DNA from: Chrysomallon squamiferum
Taxonomy: Eukaryota > Animalia > Mollusca
Length of the DNA: 64,000 nucleotides
Direction: 5' to 3'
Assembly (NCBI GenBank): GCA_012295275.1
Contig: CM022671.1
Span: 14,818,001 to 14,882,000 of the forward strand
The notes under the pieces are model-generated. The model was not told the origin of the DNA, did no database searches, and saw only the letters and a program-made list of their open reading frames with translations. Position 1 is the stretch's first letter; each line of letters starts with the position of its first letter. Made by a program: the position numbers and the translations under genes. Shown here piece after piece: positions 62,601 to 64,000 of this stretch.

Positions 62601-63668
62601 TAACAATAAATAGGATTTTTAATTCTTTCCTTTTTTTAAATTTAACAAACAAAATATTTGTTTTCTGTTTTTATCTGTTTGGATTTAAAATTCTGACATA
62701 TCAAATATAAAAATTAATGAAAAGAAACAGGCATATCATTTTTAATATTAATATGATTAAAAACACAGGAACCATTGCATTTGAAATAAGAAACTGCATT
62801 TGTTATGGGTAGATGAGTAGCTTTTTCCATAGTCTCACAGCTGTATTTCATTTTCATCTTTAGGTTGACTTTGCACCCCCAGTAGGTTATCAAGAACCAA
62901 AACATCAAAGACCTCATGATGCTACAGATTTGGAAACTGACAGTGCAGTAAGTTTGAACAATTTGAACCAAATAATCCTAATTTGTTAGTTCTTTTTTCT
63001 TCTTTTTTTTTCTTACTTATTTTTCAACATTGTGGCTATGGAATTAAGAACTCAAAATATGAATGCTACATCTGCAGATTCCAGAAGAATGGATAAGGAT
63101 TTTTTTTTCAAATAAATTTAGAAAGCAATAAATAAAATAATTAGCCCAGTATCACACTAGCATTTTTTTTTTACCAATGCATCATAACTTCAGAATTCAG
63201 ATGATTTGATATATATATATATATATATATATATTTAGTTTTACTCAGAGATATTATATCCTAATAACAACATGCTTATTTGTAGATGGTTGATCATGAC
63301 GAAAATGATATAGATGCAGCTTTTAAGGTGAGAATTGTAAAATTAATTGGTGGATATCAAGAAATAGATATATTTGACATATTTCTGGTTGTAAAAGGAT
63401 GAAATGGTAGTGTTAAAATATTGTGTAATAGTATTATTTTACTGTCATATTTTGTTAATGATAGGCTTGCCCAAAGCAATAAAATAATAACATGGAAATT
63501 TAAAGTCTACTTTTTCTTTTTTCTTTTTTTTTAATACATTTTAATAGATATATATATATATATATATATTTTTTTTTTGTAGGCTTTCAGTGGTCCAGGC
63601 AACAGATTGGATGGAAAGAAAAAAGGAACAGACTTTCAGTCATTAGCAGATGGAAGTGTGCCAAAACG
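59606..63668 (+). CDS. UFD1: Ubiquitin recognition factor in ER-associated degradation 1 (3' end runs off the window)
   Basis: ATG-only first coding exon 59606-59608; further exons at about 60128, 60449, 60855, 61329, 62014, 62466, 62864, 63286, 63583. Motifs [79 protein letters not shown], and SHP box [14 protein letters not shown]. Confidence 0.97.
61460..62013 (+). other. U12-type (minor spliceosome) GT-AG intron in UFD1
   Basis: 5' site GTATCCTT; branch TCTTAAC at 61998-62004, ending 9 nt before the intron end; no polypyrimidine tract; the join restores KAV|LENAL. Confidence 0.93.
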
Positions 63669-64000
63669 GTATTATTATTATAAAATCTAAATTAACCCTT
63701 TAACATTCAAATATCTTCTCAGAATTGTATTTCTTTTTCTATCATTATAAATGGATGACTGGGTTGATAAAATGTTATAAAAATTTCGTATTAGTAACAA
63801 GTAGAGAGATGCACCACAATTTACATTTTCTAAGATCCTGCAGTTCAGTCATTTGTATTTGATTATAATAGGACACATACACACACCATAAAATTAATAG
63901 CTAAGATTTTTCAAATTTTCAAGATGATAAAGTGGTAAAAATGAATTATTAAATTTTCTTGATAGTTTTAAATAAATAGGATTATTCTGTTATGTGACCA

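Overview
AT-rich, microsatellite-dense eukaryotic genomic DNA with short spliceosomal introns. Gene content and repeat style suggest a mollusc, probably a coleoid cephalopod (inference only). Seven intron-containing genes were reconstructed by hand from splice signals: (1) and (2) a convergent pair of paralogous secreted proteins with two chitin-binding (CBM14-like) domains plus a LamG domain (Pif/LamG3-type shell-matrix family), the minus-strand copy needing two +1 frameshifts; (3) a divergent PRD-class Q50 homeobox gene, possibly Lopx-like; (4) a 21-exon Caskin/ANKS1-like ankyrin gene with an unusual ANK-discoidin-like-SAM-beta-sandwich architecture; (5) INO80B; (6) CDC45 and (7) UFD1, head-to-head as in vertebrates, with a U12 intron in UFD1. 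There are also fossil mariner, pogo-type and hAT transposase fragments, MITE-like inverted repeats, local duplications and a visible CpG boundary near 25 kb. Most ORFs in the supplied track are microsatellite or intron artefacts. No database searches were run; family calls rest on remembered motifs.
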